Of a DNA stretch of 64,000 nt, positions 19,587-29,000 are shown in pieces. Location of the stretch: contig JAYZBV010000071.1 in assembly GCA_036338595.1 (NCBI GenBank), positions 1 to 64,000 on the forward strand. The letters are read 5' to 3'. The position numbers were made by a program, and so were the translations under genes. Source of the DNA: Planctomycetota bacterium (GTDB lineage: Bacteria; Planctomycetota; UBA8108; UBA1146). Numbering within the stretch: the stretch's first letter is position 1; every line of letters starts with the position of its first letter. The notes below the pieces were generated by a model. That model saw only the letters and a program-made list of their open reading frames with translations. It ran no database searches and was not told the origin of the DNA.

Positions 19587-21455
19587 ATGCGTCCTCTAGT
19601 TCTAGTCCTAACCACAGTAATGCTGCTGTTAATCAGCGGTATCTCGACAGCACAACAGTCATTGACCATCGGAAGCACCGACATCCTCGGTCTATCGGAG
19701 ATCACTGTCAGTGTCACAATGGATGCCACGGATGATGTTCAGGGTTTCGTGCTCGCCATCGGCTATGACGACTCCCTGGTGACAGCCACCGGGCTCGCCC
19801 CCGCGGGCCAAGCGTCCGCTGCAGAGTTGCAGGTCCCCGAAATCCTCACAGGTGGTGCGACTCTCGGAGTCGTCATGGATGCGAATCCTCCCTACGGCGG
19901 ATCTACAATTTCCTCCGGCTCGGGAATAGAGATCGCCATCCTGTCGATCACTCCAAAGGTCGTCGTCACTGCAGACACCACCACGATGCTCACCTTTGCC
20001 GATGGGACTCTCAATAGTCCAGCATTGAGCAACATGATCGTTCAGGGTGGTCTCTCTGTCGGTGCAGGCGAAGGACTGAGCCTGATCAACGGTACGCTGA
20101 CACTGGTCGAGCCTCCCCCGGCATCGATGACGATGGAGGATGGTTCAGCTCCTGCTGATGGACTCGGAACCACGGGAGATTCTAGAGTGATGCTGGATAA
20201 CAGTATCGGTGGAGTGCAGGGTTTCGTCACCGCAGTGACGCATGATCCCGCCACCGTCACCCTGGAATCGATATCCACGGGCTCTGATACAGATGCGGCG
20301 AGTGCCGAGTTCGAGATGCCAAACATGTATCCCAACGGCGGAACCCTCGGAGTAGTCATCGATTTCAATTCGCCTTTTGATGGCCAGACGATTCCGATGG
20401 GAACTGGGCTTCACATCGCAACCTACACTTACTCCTGCAATAACTCGAACATCTACGTGCTAGGTGATCCTGGTGGAGAACCCGCCGCAGAGACGAGCGC
20501 CATCGACCTCGCAGATGACACCCTGGGCGAACCTCGCCTGGATAACGTGGTCGTCGTCGCTGGTCTGTCCGTCTCGCCTCTTCTCGCTGGTGGTACCTTC
20601 ACCTGTGAGCCAGTCGGTGTACCTGCAGAGGACACGACTCTCTGGATGGAGACCGAGTTCGACGAGGGCTCCGGCAACTACGCCTACCACGGCCAGACCG
20701 GAGACCTGTGCTTCTTCTATGCCGACGAGGACGATTACATCCAGGGCTTCACCTTCACCGTCTGCTACGACTGCAATCTGACGATTCATGAGGACTCCTG
20801 GGAGTTCAACGGCTCGATCCTGGATCAGGTCGGTGTTGAGTACACCGCAGTACAGGTCGATGACGACCCCGATGACGGGGACGGCTGCGAACTGATTGTT
20901 GCGTTACTGCTCGACGCACTGCCGCCTTTCGAGGGCCAGACTCTTCCGCAGACGATGTCGACCAGCGGCAACTCCGCAGATGGTCGACTGTTGGTCGGAA
21001 AGATGCGAGTCACCGTCGATATGGATGCTGAATGTAATGAGGATCAGTTGATTGAATGGTGCAATGACATCAACGGTAACGGAAACGTCACGCTCTACAA
21101 CAACGTGGTCATCGACTTCGAATCGATCCAGACATACGCACGTAATGACTCGCTCGTGCATGTCGTGCCGGAAGAAATCTTCCAGCGTGGCGATTGCAAT
21201 AGCGACGACACCGTCGATCTTGCGGATACCGCAACGATGCTCGGGAATCAGTTCAATGGTCACCCGATTCTCTGCCCCGATGCTTGCGACTCGAATGATG
21301 ATGGTCATCTGAACATGGCGGACGCTGTCCACCTGCTCAACTGGCTCTTCAAGTTCGGAGATATACCGCCGGCACCAGGCCCCCTCGAAGACGGGCCGGA
21401 TGCGACTCAAGATGACACGCTACCAGTGTGTGACAGCGACGACACGAACTGCTAG
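19587..21455 (+). CDS. Secreted acidic protein with three cohesin-like domains and a C-terminal dockerin
   Basis: Signal peptide ..STA-QQ; repeats VQGFVLAIGYD, VQGFVTAVTHD, IQGFTFTVCYD; duplicated Ca-loop dockerin (FQRGDCNSDDTVDLAD..DACDSNDDGHLNMAD); GGAGG SD before ATG 19587. Confidence 0.8.
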   Translation: MRPLVLVLTTVMLLLISGISTAQQSLTIGSTDILGLSEITVSVTMDATDDVQGFVLAIGYDDSLVTATGLAPAGQASAAELQVPEILTGGATLGVVMDANPPYGGSTISSGSGIEIAILSITPKVVVTADTTTMLTFADGTLNSPALSNMIVQGGLSVGAGEGLSLINGTLTLVEPPPASMTMEDGSAPADGLGTTGDSRVMLDNSIGGVQGFVTAVTHDPATVTLESISTGSDTDAASAEFEMPNMYPNGGTLGVVIDFNSPFDGQTIPMGTGLHIATYTYSCNNSNIYVLGDPGGEPAAETSAIDLADDTLGEPRLDNVVVVAGLSVSPLLAGGTFTCEPVGVPAEDTTLWMETEFDEGSGNYAYHGQTGDLCFFYADEDDYIQGFTFTVCYDCNLTIHEDSWEFNGSILDQVGVEYTAVQVDDDPDDGDGCELIVALLLDALPPFEGQTLPQTMSTSGNSADGRLLVGKMRVTVDMDAECNEDQLIEWCNDINGNGNVTLYNNVVIDFESIQTYARNDSLVHVVPEEIFQRGDCNSDDTVDLADTATMLGNQFNGHPILCPDACDSNDDGHLNMADAVHLLNWLFKFGDIPPAPGPLEDGPDATQDDTLPVCDSDDTNC

Positions 21456-21624
21456 GACAATGGCTTGGCGGAGTTGGGAGATCCGATCTCCCTTGTTGAG
21501 AAACCGCCAGCCTCGGCTTTCGTCACTGCCACTCCCCTCCGAGGGCAACGACAGGAGCGTACGCTGGAACTCGTGATCGAACAGAAGATCGTGAAATCGG
21601 TGACTGACAACTCCGAAAGAGACA

Positions 21625-21661
21625 GGGGCTCTGCGATACATGATCGCGGAGCCCCTTTTTT
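21625..21661 (+). terminator. Intrinsic terminator
   Basis: GGGGCTCTGCGAT-ACATG-ATCGCGGAGCCCC (13 bp, one G-U) followed by T6. Confidence 0.85.
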
Positions 21662-21744
21662 CTTGTATCGTTTGCCCTTCCCTGCTGATTCCTTGCTCAA
21701 ACGCACTGCTGCTATCATCCTCTGGGACAATCTCACGGAGGCTC

Positions 21745-22443
21745 ATGAAAGCGATCCTGTTCGATCTGTTCGGCACGCTGGTTCCCAATCTTCCGCTGGA
21801 AACTTGGGAGCAATGCAGTGACCACATCGCCGCGGCTCTGGAGGTCGAGTGCGACTTGTATCGAAGATTGTCGAGTGCCAGATTCAAGGACCGCATGATC
21901 GGGACGATTCCCGATGGGGATGGTCAATTTGATTGCTTGCTCGAGGAAGCGGGTATCGACACTCCCCTCGAGAAACGCAGGGATGCGGCCAGGATTCACC
22001 GCAAACTTCTGAAAGATGTGCTGATTCCAAAACCGGAAGCCTGCAGGACTCTCGAACAGCTTTCAGACCGGGGAGTCAAACTGGCACTGGTCACCGATTG
22101 CTCGACAGCGGCACCCGAATTGCTCGATGAGTCCCCACTGGGACGGTACTTCCAGATTCGATCGATCTCTGCCTTCCTCGGGGTTCGGAAACCGGACGCA
22201 CTGATGTACACCCACTGCCTCGATTCACTTGGAATTCCCGCAGCAGATTGCATCTATGTTGGCGATGGCAACTCAGAGGAACTGATCGGTGCCAGAGAAT
22301 GCGGACTCACCACCGTCTGGGTCGACAATGGCCTTCAGCAGCACTGGCACGAGCGATTCGCACCTGACGGAGATCACACCATCCATTCCCTGGAGGAGCT
22401 GCTCCCTCTCGTGGACACTCTCGATTCTCGGACAGCTGGATAA
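21745..22443 (+). CDS. HAD-superfamily hydrolase
   Basis: MKAILFDLFGTL, LVTD, RKPD, YVGDG motifs; GGAGG SD. Confidence 0.9.
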   Translation: MKAILFDLFGTLVPNLPLETWEQCSDHIAAALEVECDLYRRLSSARFKDRMIGTIPDGDGQFDCLLEEAGIDTPLEKRRDAARIHRKLLKDVLIPKPEACRTLEQLSDRGVKLALVTDCSTAAPELLDESPLGRYFQIRSISAFLGVRKPDALMYTHCLDSLGIPAADCIYVGDGNSEELIGARECGLTTVWVDNGLQQHWHERFAPDGDHTIHSLEELLPLVDTLDSRTAG

Positions 22444-22453
22444 GGAACCATAG

Positions 22454-23110
22454 ATGGAGAGAGTCTCGATTGAAACCGGCTCAGAACCCACGGCGGCAGT
22501 GATCTGGCTGCACGGTCTCGGTGCCGATGGGCACGACTTCGAACCGATCATCCCCGAGTTGAACCTCGGTGCAGTCTGCGACGTGAGATTCATCTTCCCC
22601 CATGCCCCGGTGAGACCGGTCACCATCAATAACAACATGGTGATGCGTGCCTGGTACGACATCCTGGAGATCTCCATCGATCGCAAAGTAGATGAAGCGG
22701 GAATTTTCGAAAGCGCAGAGTTGATCCAGCAACTGATCGATGAGCAGTTACAGCTGGGAATCGCACCGGAGAGGTTGATCCTGGCCGGTTTCTCCCAGGG
22801 TGGTGCCATCGCCTACCATGTTGGCCTGAGACAGCAGCCTGCACTGGGGGGACTGCTGATCCTCTCTGCATACTTACCCCTGCCGGATGCTCTCGAACTC
22901 CTCGATGATCGGATCCCGAGGACCACTCCGGTCCTCTGCTGTCACGGCGAGCTCGATCCGGTGGTGCCCATCGCTCTGGGCGAATCATCGGCAAGAATGG
23001 TGCAGCAAGCCGGATGGCCGCTCCAGTTCAGAAGCTATCCAGCTCCACACTCGCTTCATCCAGACGAGGTGGAAGAGATAGGAAAGTGGCTGGCAGAACG
23101 CCTGGCGTGA
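22454..23110 (+). CDS. Phospholipase/carboxylesterase (alpha/beta hydrolase 2)
   Basis: WLHGLGADG, MRAWYDI, GFSQGG nucleophile elbow, HGELDPVV, PHSL. Confidence 0.93.
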   Translation: MERVSIETGSEPTAAVIWLHGLGADGHDFEPIIPELNLGAVCDVRFIFPHAPVRPVTINNNMVMRAWYDILEISIDRKVDEAGIFESAELIQQLIDEQLQLGIAPERLILAGFSQGGAIAYHVGLRQQPALGGLLILSAYLPLPDALELLDDRIPRTTPVLCCHGELDPVVPIALGESSARMVQQAGWPLQFRSYPAPHSLHPDEVEEIGKWLAERLA

Positions 23111-23294
23111 TGCTGACCAGTTGATCCTGGCCGTGACCCATGAGACAGAAGAGAGGATCCGCGGGTAATTGAGTGGCGCATCGCTTTTCGGCCGGATCCT
23201 GTTCGTGGTCGCCGAGAAAAAGCCAGGGTAGGGTGCCTGCGTCGAGCGGCTCCCTTACAATCGCCCCCGGTTCGTTCACCCCCGAAGGAGAGTC

Positions 23295-25340
23295 ATGAGT
23301 TCTGAAACGCCGAATATCCACATCCTGGGTCGACCTGTCACACGCATCGGAGTCATCGGCTCGGGCCAGATCGGCCCCGACATCGCCCTTCACTTCTCAA
23401 AGGTATTCACTCCGATGGGAACCTCCATCGTGGTCGTGGATATCAGCGAAGAGGCTCTGGAGCAGGGAAAGAAGAAACTCGATCGAAAAATTGACAAGGG
23501 CATCGAGTCGAGAGCCTTTCGAGCCGAGCTGGGGCAGGCGATGAAAGAAAATGTCCTCTTCACCAGTAACTACGATCAGCTCAAGGGATGTGATCTTGTC
23601 GTCGAAGCGGCCACCGAGGACAAGGATCTGAAGCGCCGCATCTTCACCCAGGTGGCAGACCTGGTTGCAGCGGAAGCGGTACTCTGCTCCAACTCATCTC
23701 ATCTGGAGCCCGATGTCATCTTCGAAGGGGTATCTGATCCTGCTCGAACGATGGTCGTCCACTACTTCTTCCCTGCGGAGCGCAATCCGATAGTGGAGAT
23801 CGTCCCCGGAGCGGATACCTCCGAGGGGCTGGTTGCCGACATGATGGGATTCTACGAGGCGATCGGAAAGGTGCCGATTCAGGTCAAGAGCCGCTATGGC
23901 TATGCGCTCGATCCCGTCTTCGAGGGAATGTTTCTCGCCTCCGCATTGATGGTGGAAGAAGGAATCGCCAGTTGTAAGGAAGTGGACCACGTCGCCTGTG
24001 ATGTGCTCGGATACACGGTCGGACCCTTCACTGCCATGAATCTCACGGGAGGCAACCCGATCACCGCAGTGGGTCTCGACAACTACAACAAGAAGATCAA
24101 CGGTTGGTACCGTACACCGGAAATACTCCGCAGAGCGGTGGCTGACGAGAGCTCCTGGGAAGTCCCTGCCAGGGGGGAGTCCATCGACGTTCCCGCTGAA
24201 ACCTATGCGCAGGTCAGGGATTCCTTGCTCGGAGCGTACTTTGGCATCGTCGGCGAGATCGTGGATAGCGGCATCTCCTGCATCGACGACATGGATATGG
24301 CAGTGGAGACCGCGCTCGATGTGAAGGCTCCTTTTCGCCTGATGAACTCGATCGGCGTCGACAAGGCGCTCCACCTGGTCGAGAAGTATGCCGAGCATCA
24401 CTCCGGCTTCCCGGTTCCACAGTGCATCCAGGATCAGGCTCGAAAGGGAGCACCCTTCGATATCGCACTGGTCCTCCGACATGACAACGACGGCATCGCA
24501 CACATCACGATTCGGCGTCCAAAGCAACTCAACGCCCTCAACAATGACTCCTTCGACCAGATCGAGCGCCACTTCCAGGACATCGAATCCGACAGCAGCA
24601 TCGATGGCGTTGTGCTCTCCGGCTTCGGAATCAAGGCCTTTGTCTCCGGCGCTGATGTTCCCTTTCTCGCCAATATCGATTCGATCGCCATGGGTGAAGA
24701 GACCTCTCGCGGGTCACAGAAATCGATCCAGACCATCGAGGACTGCACAAAACCAGTGGTCTGCGCCCTCAATGGACTCGCATTTGGTGGTGGCAACGAG
24801 ATCGCCATGGCCTGTAACGCACGAATAGCACGCACAGGCCAGCGCGTGCTCGTCGGTCAACCGGAGGTCAATCTCGGAATCATTCCCGGAGCCGGTGGTA
24901 CCCAGCGGCTACCTCGCTGGATCGGCGTCGAAAAGGCTGCCGAATTGATGCGAACAGGGCGCCCCGTCTCTTCCTCCGAAGCGCTCGCCATCGGGCTGAT
25001 CGTGGAGGAGGTGGCTGGAGATCCTCGAGACCTCCGTGCCCGTGCGGTCGAGCTGATCAGGGCCTACCTGTCAGGCGACGAACCACTCCCGATGATTCCA
25101 ACGGGACCGATCGAAACCCCCGATTCGTTGCCCGAAGTCGACCTCGGACACCTGAGCAGAAGCGTCGATGAGATCCTGCAGAAGGCGATTGTCGAGGGAT
25201 GTCGGCTGCCTCTGGCGGAAGGAATCGCTCTGGAAGCGCGTTATTTTGGCGAAGTCTGCGGAACTCAGGACATGCGGATCGGAGTCGCCAACTTCCTCGA
25301 AAATGGACCGAGAACCCCTGCCAGATTCGTTCACGCCTAG
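23295..25340 (+). CDS. Bifunctional 3-hydroxyacyl-CoA dehydrogenase (N-terminal) / enoyl-CoA hydratase (C-terminal)
   Basis: GSGQIG, VVEAATED, SNSS in the N-terminal half; LNALN, AFVSGAD, AFGGGNE, GQPEVNLGIIPGAGGTQRL in the C-terminal half. Confidence 0.92.
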   Translation: MSSETPNIHILGRPVTRIGVIGSGQIGPDIALHFSKVFTPMGTSIVVVDISEEALEQGKKKLDRKIDKGIESRAFRAELGQAMKENVLFTSNYDQLKGCDLVVEAATEDKDLKRRIFTQVADLVAAEAVLCSNSSHLEPDVIFEGVSDPARTMVVHYFFPAERNPIVEIVPGADTSEGLVADMMGFYEAIGKVPIQVKSRYGYALDPVFEGMFLASALMVEEGIASCKEVDHVACDVLGYTVGPFTAMNLTGGNPITAVGLDNYNKKINGWYRTPEILRRAVADESSWEVPARGESIDVPAETYAQVRDSLLGAYFGIVGEIVDSGISCIDDMDMAVETALDVKAPFRLMNSIGVDKALHLVEKYAEHHSGFPVPQCIQDQARKGAPFDIALVLRHDNDGIAHITIRRPKQLNALNNDSFDQIERHFQDIESDSSIDGVVLSGFGIKAFVSGADVPFLANIDSIAMGEETSRGSQKSIQTIEDCTKPVVCALNGLAFGGGNEIAMACNARIARTGQRVLVGQPEVNLGIIPGAGGTQRLPRWIGVEKAAELMRTGRPVSSSEALAIGLIVEEVAGDPRDLRARAVELIRAYLSGDEPLPMIPTGPIETPDSLPEVDLGHLSRSVDEILQKAIVEGCRLPLAEGIALEARYFGEVCGTQDMRIGVANFLENGPRTPARFVHA

Positions 25341-25369
25341 TGTAAGTATCCAATATCAAGATACTTACA
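25341..25369. promoter_or_regulatory. Perfect AT-rich palindrome TGTAAGTATC-N9-GATACTTACA, candidate protein-binding site
   Basis: 10-bp perfect arms directly after the stop at 25340 and about 325 bp upstream of the histone gene; no U-tract. Confidence 0.55.
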
Positions 25370-25694
25370 ATCTGATACCCGGCTCCAGGGATCGAACCCG
25401 TGGCAATTTCCGCAACGACCGAGATGGGCCGGAAAAGGTGGATACCCCTAGAATTCGGGACTCGCTAGGGAATTTACTGCTTCCCCATCGGGTCAGAAGG
25501 TGGCTATCCTTCGGGCAGTGACATTTGAGCCCCTTGCCTGCACCGTGGCGGGCTTCATGCCGAGGGGACCAGATTCAGGGCGCTGGCTGGATAATGCGGG
25601 AATCCAGGAAGCCAGCATTTGTATTTGCAACGATCAGAAAACCCTCGGAGCGCGATCCTGGCAAGGGTCGTATCGGGGTCAGAAAGGGGATTTC

Positions 25695-25886
25695 ATGTCC
25701 AATCAACGCGAGATGCTGCTCGTCGGGAGCAAGGCAAAGGCAGCGCTCAAGCAGCACGATGTGAACGTCGGAGGCGATGCCCTCGACGGTCTCAACGAGA
25801 TCCTGCACCAGTGCATCGAGCAGGCCGCCAAGCGAGCCAGCCAGAACGGACGCAAGACCGTTCGTTCCCACGACTTCATCTGCTAG
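25695..25886 (+). CDS. Bacterial histone (single histone-fold protein, 63 aa)
   Basis: MSNQREMLLVGSKAKAALKQHDVNVGGDALDGLNEILHQCIEQAAKRASQNGRKTVRSHDFIC: LLVxSK helix 1, long helix 2, RAxxxGRKTV loop, R53-D60 clamp; AAAGGGGA SD before ATG 25695. Confidence 0.88.
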   Translation: MSNQREMLLVGSKAKAALKQHDVNVGGDALDGLNEILHQCIEQAAKRASQNGRKTVRSHDFIC

Positions 25887-26000
25887 TCGACAAGACACGC
25901 ATGGTGTCAGATTCGTAGGCCTCGTCGCTACCAGCGCCGAGGCCTACCTTCTTTTAGCACCATGGGTGCGGCGCAGCGGATACATGGGGCACATCTGCAT

Positions 26001-26038
26001 CGTGCCGTTCAGGGAGATCCGTGCCGTTCAGGGAGATC
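26001..26038. repeat. Perfect 19-bp tandem duplication (CGTGCCGTTCAGGGAGATC x2)
   Basis: Units at 26001-26019 and 26020-26038, between two convergent stop codons. Confidence 0.9.
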
Positions 26039-26045
26039 CTGGAAC

Positions 26046-29000
26046 CTAGTCTGATTTATCCCGGTCCGCTTCGAAGTCTTCCTTGCGGATTTCATGGCGT
26101 TTGAGAAGGTTTGATAGTTGAGGTCGATGGATCCCCAGAGCCTCCGCAGCTCGAGTGATGTTTCCACCACTTCTGAATAGTTCTGCAATGATGTAGCGCC
26201 GCTCCAGCGCTGCCTTCGCCTCCTTGAGGGTCAGCTCACCCGAGGTCAACCGTGCCACTTCCTGATCGAGGTCAGGCTTCTGGGAGGAACGAAAGAGATC
26301 GACTCGACCACTTGTGAGTTCCGTGATCTCGACCGAGCCGACAGAGTACCAGTGCGGCAATACACTGACGGGGACTTCTACCGGCAATCCGAATTCTTCA
26401 CGAAGGTCATGAAGGGCATGCTGAAGATCCCTGCTCTTCTTGCGAAGATCATCTTCCCCTGGCCCGATCATCACGCAAACCAGGTGATCGCCTCCAGTGT
26501 AATAGACGCCTGATATCGGCTGCAGGATTTGAAGTAACCGGTTCACAATGTTTTCGTCTTCACGTTCTCTGAGCAAGATATCAAAACCTGGCAGACTCAC
26601 TTCCAGAAAGCCCAGCGGCTCCTTTTCTCTGTGGTGGCGCGACAGGAAGTAATCGATGTCTGCATCAAAAGCAGCCAGCGACCCGATCTCGCTCTGCTGG
26701 TACTCGAGCATCTGCGCATTTTTGGACAGTGCTACCAGCTGACCCTGGGCCATCGAGAGTAATCTCTCGACCTCCTCAACATCCCGATCCTGGAACGGGT
26801 TCCCTGCTGTGGGACGTTCCAGCACCAGTGCTGCCGAGAGCATTCCCTGAGCCGAGAACGGGATCGCCAGCAGGCTCCTACCTCTCACCGAATCACCCTG
26901 CGTGTGAGTAGAGATCCATTCATCCCAGGTCTGGGACCCACTTCGCATCGGCATCGAGCGTTCGATGCACTCCTGGGCCAGAGCACCGAGCACCTGCGAA
27001 GGTGGCAGCCAGTCCTCGGCGAGTCCCATGTCTATGTCGGCGAGGCTTTGCCACCGTCGCCGCCGTCTTGCCGCGATGAAACCGCGAGGACTGGGGACCA
27101 ATCTCCGGCATTGCTCCAGCAAGCCTTCAAGGAACGAGCGAAGTTCATCTCGTTTTCCAAGTTCCGAGATGGCACCGGCAACGGCAGCAAGTCGATCCTG
27201 ATCGAGAGAGCCGCCGGAGCGTGTCCCTGTTTCAGGATCAGCGTCGGGGACAGAATACGGCCCCGACCCGGTCACAGCCGGCGGCGGGTAATCTGATTCG
27301 CGGCGAAATCGTTGAAGGTCTGCAAAGAAGTTCTTTCGCCTGCGATCATCCAGATACACGACTCGCATATCTTCTGGCAGTCGTGTAGAGATTCTCTCGA
27401 TGATGGCAGCAGCTCGATCGTAGTTGACCCTTGCGCCCTGAAAATCGTGGGATCCTTGCTCGACCCTGGCTATGGCATAATTGATCTGCCACTGGAGCGG
27501 CAGCAAGGAATCTGCGCTGATCATCTGGAGAGCTTTCTTGTAGTACTCGAGAGATTTTTGCTGACCGTCTTCATTACGCTGGCGGCTGATGGCCCCCTTG
27601 ACCAGCAACCCTCGGACGATCAGGGGTACCGACTGCAAGGACTCTGCGATGAGCAGTCCGCGGCTGACGAACTTCAGTGCCTCCTCGAAAGCTTCTCGTT
27701 CGGTGCCGAGCTGAGCGCGATCGAACAAGCTGGCGGCAGCGACCCGATCCAGCCCCTGCTTCTGTGCAAGATCGAAGGATTTCTTCAACTCTCGATCCGC
27801 GGACTTCCAGTCTCCCCGCAACAGCGCCAGATTGCCCTGAAGCCTGTGCCCCTCTGCCTGGTACCGTGGCAACTCAAATTCCTGGGTCAAGATGAGGATC
27901 TGGCGAGCCAGGTTCTCGACCTGCTTCCTCTCTCCGAGCGCGAACCAGGCCCAGCCCAGGTGCAGGAACGAGCGCACGATCCCCTCTGTATTTCCAAACT
28001 TCTCACTGTTGGAGATGCTGCGCTTGAAGAAACGGATCGCCCTCCCGTAGTCTCCGGAGTGGGCGTGCAGACTTCCGATGGAGTTCAGGGTAGGAGAAAT
28101 CTGATGGCTGTCTCCGATGCGCTCGCGAAGAGTCAAACAGCGGCGAAAATGCTCGAGGCTTCGCGAGAAATCGCCACTATTTCGATACACCTTGCCGAGC
28201 AATTCATAGGTGGCAGCCAGAGCCCTCACATCCTGCGAGCTGTCGACAACCTCCAGCGCCCTGAACAGGTAGCGCGCAGCTCTGAAGTGCTTGCCCCGAT
28301 CGTAATAGACCCTTCCGATGGTGCGCAGCACCGATCCCAGCGCCACCGGGTCCTGTGATCGTTCGACCCTTTCTAGCAGTGTCTGGTAACTGTTGAGTGC
28401 CGCTGCAGAGTCTCCACGTGCGAGATGCGTCTCTGCAAGCGTCTCCAGGATGCGGCTCGACAACTGGTCAGCTCCGGCTTGCTGTTCGAGCCCGGCCAGT
28501 TCCTTTTGCGCCCTCAGGCACAGGCTCATCGCCCTCTTGATGTCCCGGCGCTGAAGCCGGAGTTGCGCACGCAGTGAAGTCAACCGAGCGGGTGCCAACG
28601 GATCGACCTGTTCAAGATCGGTAGAACTGACCCTGTTCAGCGCTCTGATCCCCTTGAGCGGCTCCTGCATCAGCAGATAGATCTCACCGAGGAAAAGGCG
28701 TGCATCGATGCGATCGGCCGCATCGGTTGCCGGATCTTCGAGCAACATCTTGATGTGCAATTTTCCCGATTCTGGCTGGCCAGTCTCCACCTCGAGACGA
28801 GCCAGTTGCCCGAGGATCTCACTGCGCACCTCCGCATCTCCATCGGCTCCTACGAAGTCGAGCATTCTTCTCCCGATACGAATCGCAAGCGGCTCTGCGT
28901 AGGCTCCTGCGAAGTACCTCATCGCAATCAGCCCGTAAGGTATCGCCAGCATCGGCTCATCGCCGGCAGCGAGAAGTTCGTGCACCTCGAAGGCGCGCAC

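Noticed and set aside
25500..25694. N-terminal extension (tail) on the histone as given in the ORF track
   Set aside because: The extension is not protein-like and ATG 25695 has a good SD.
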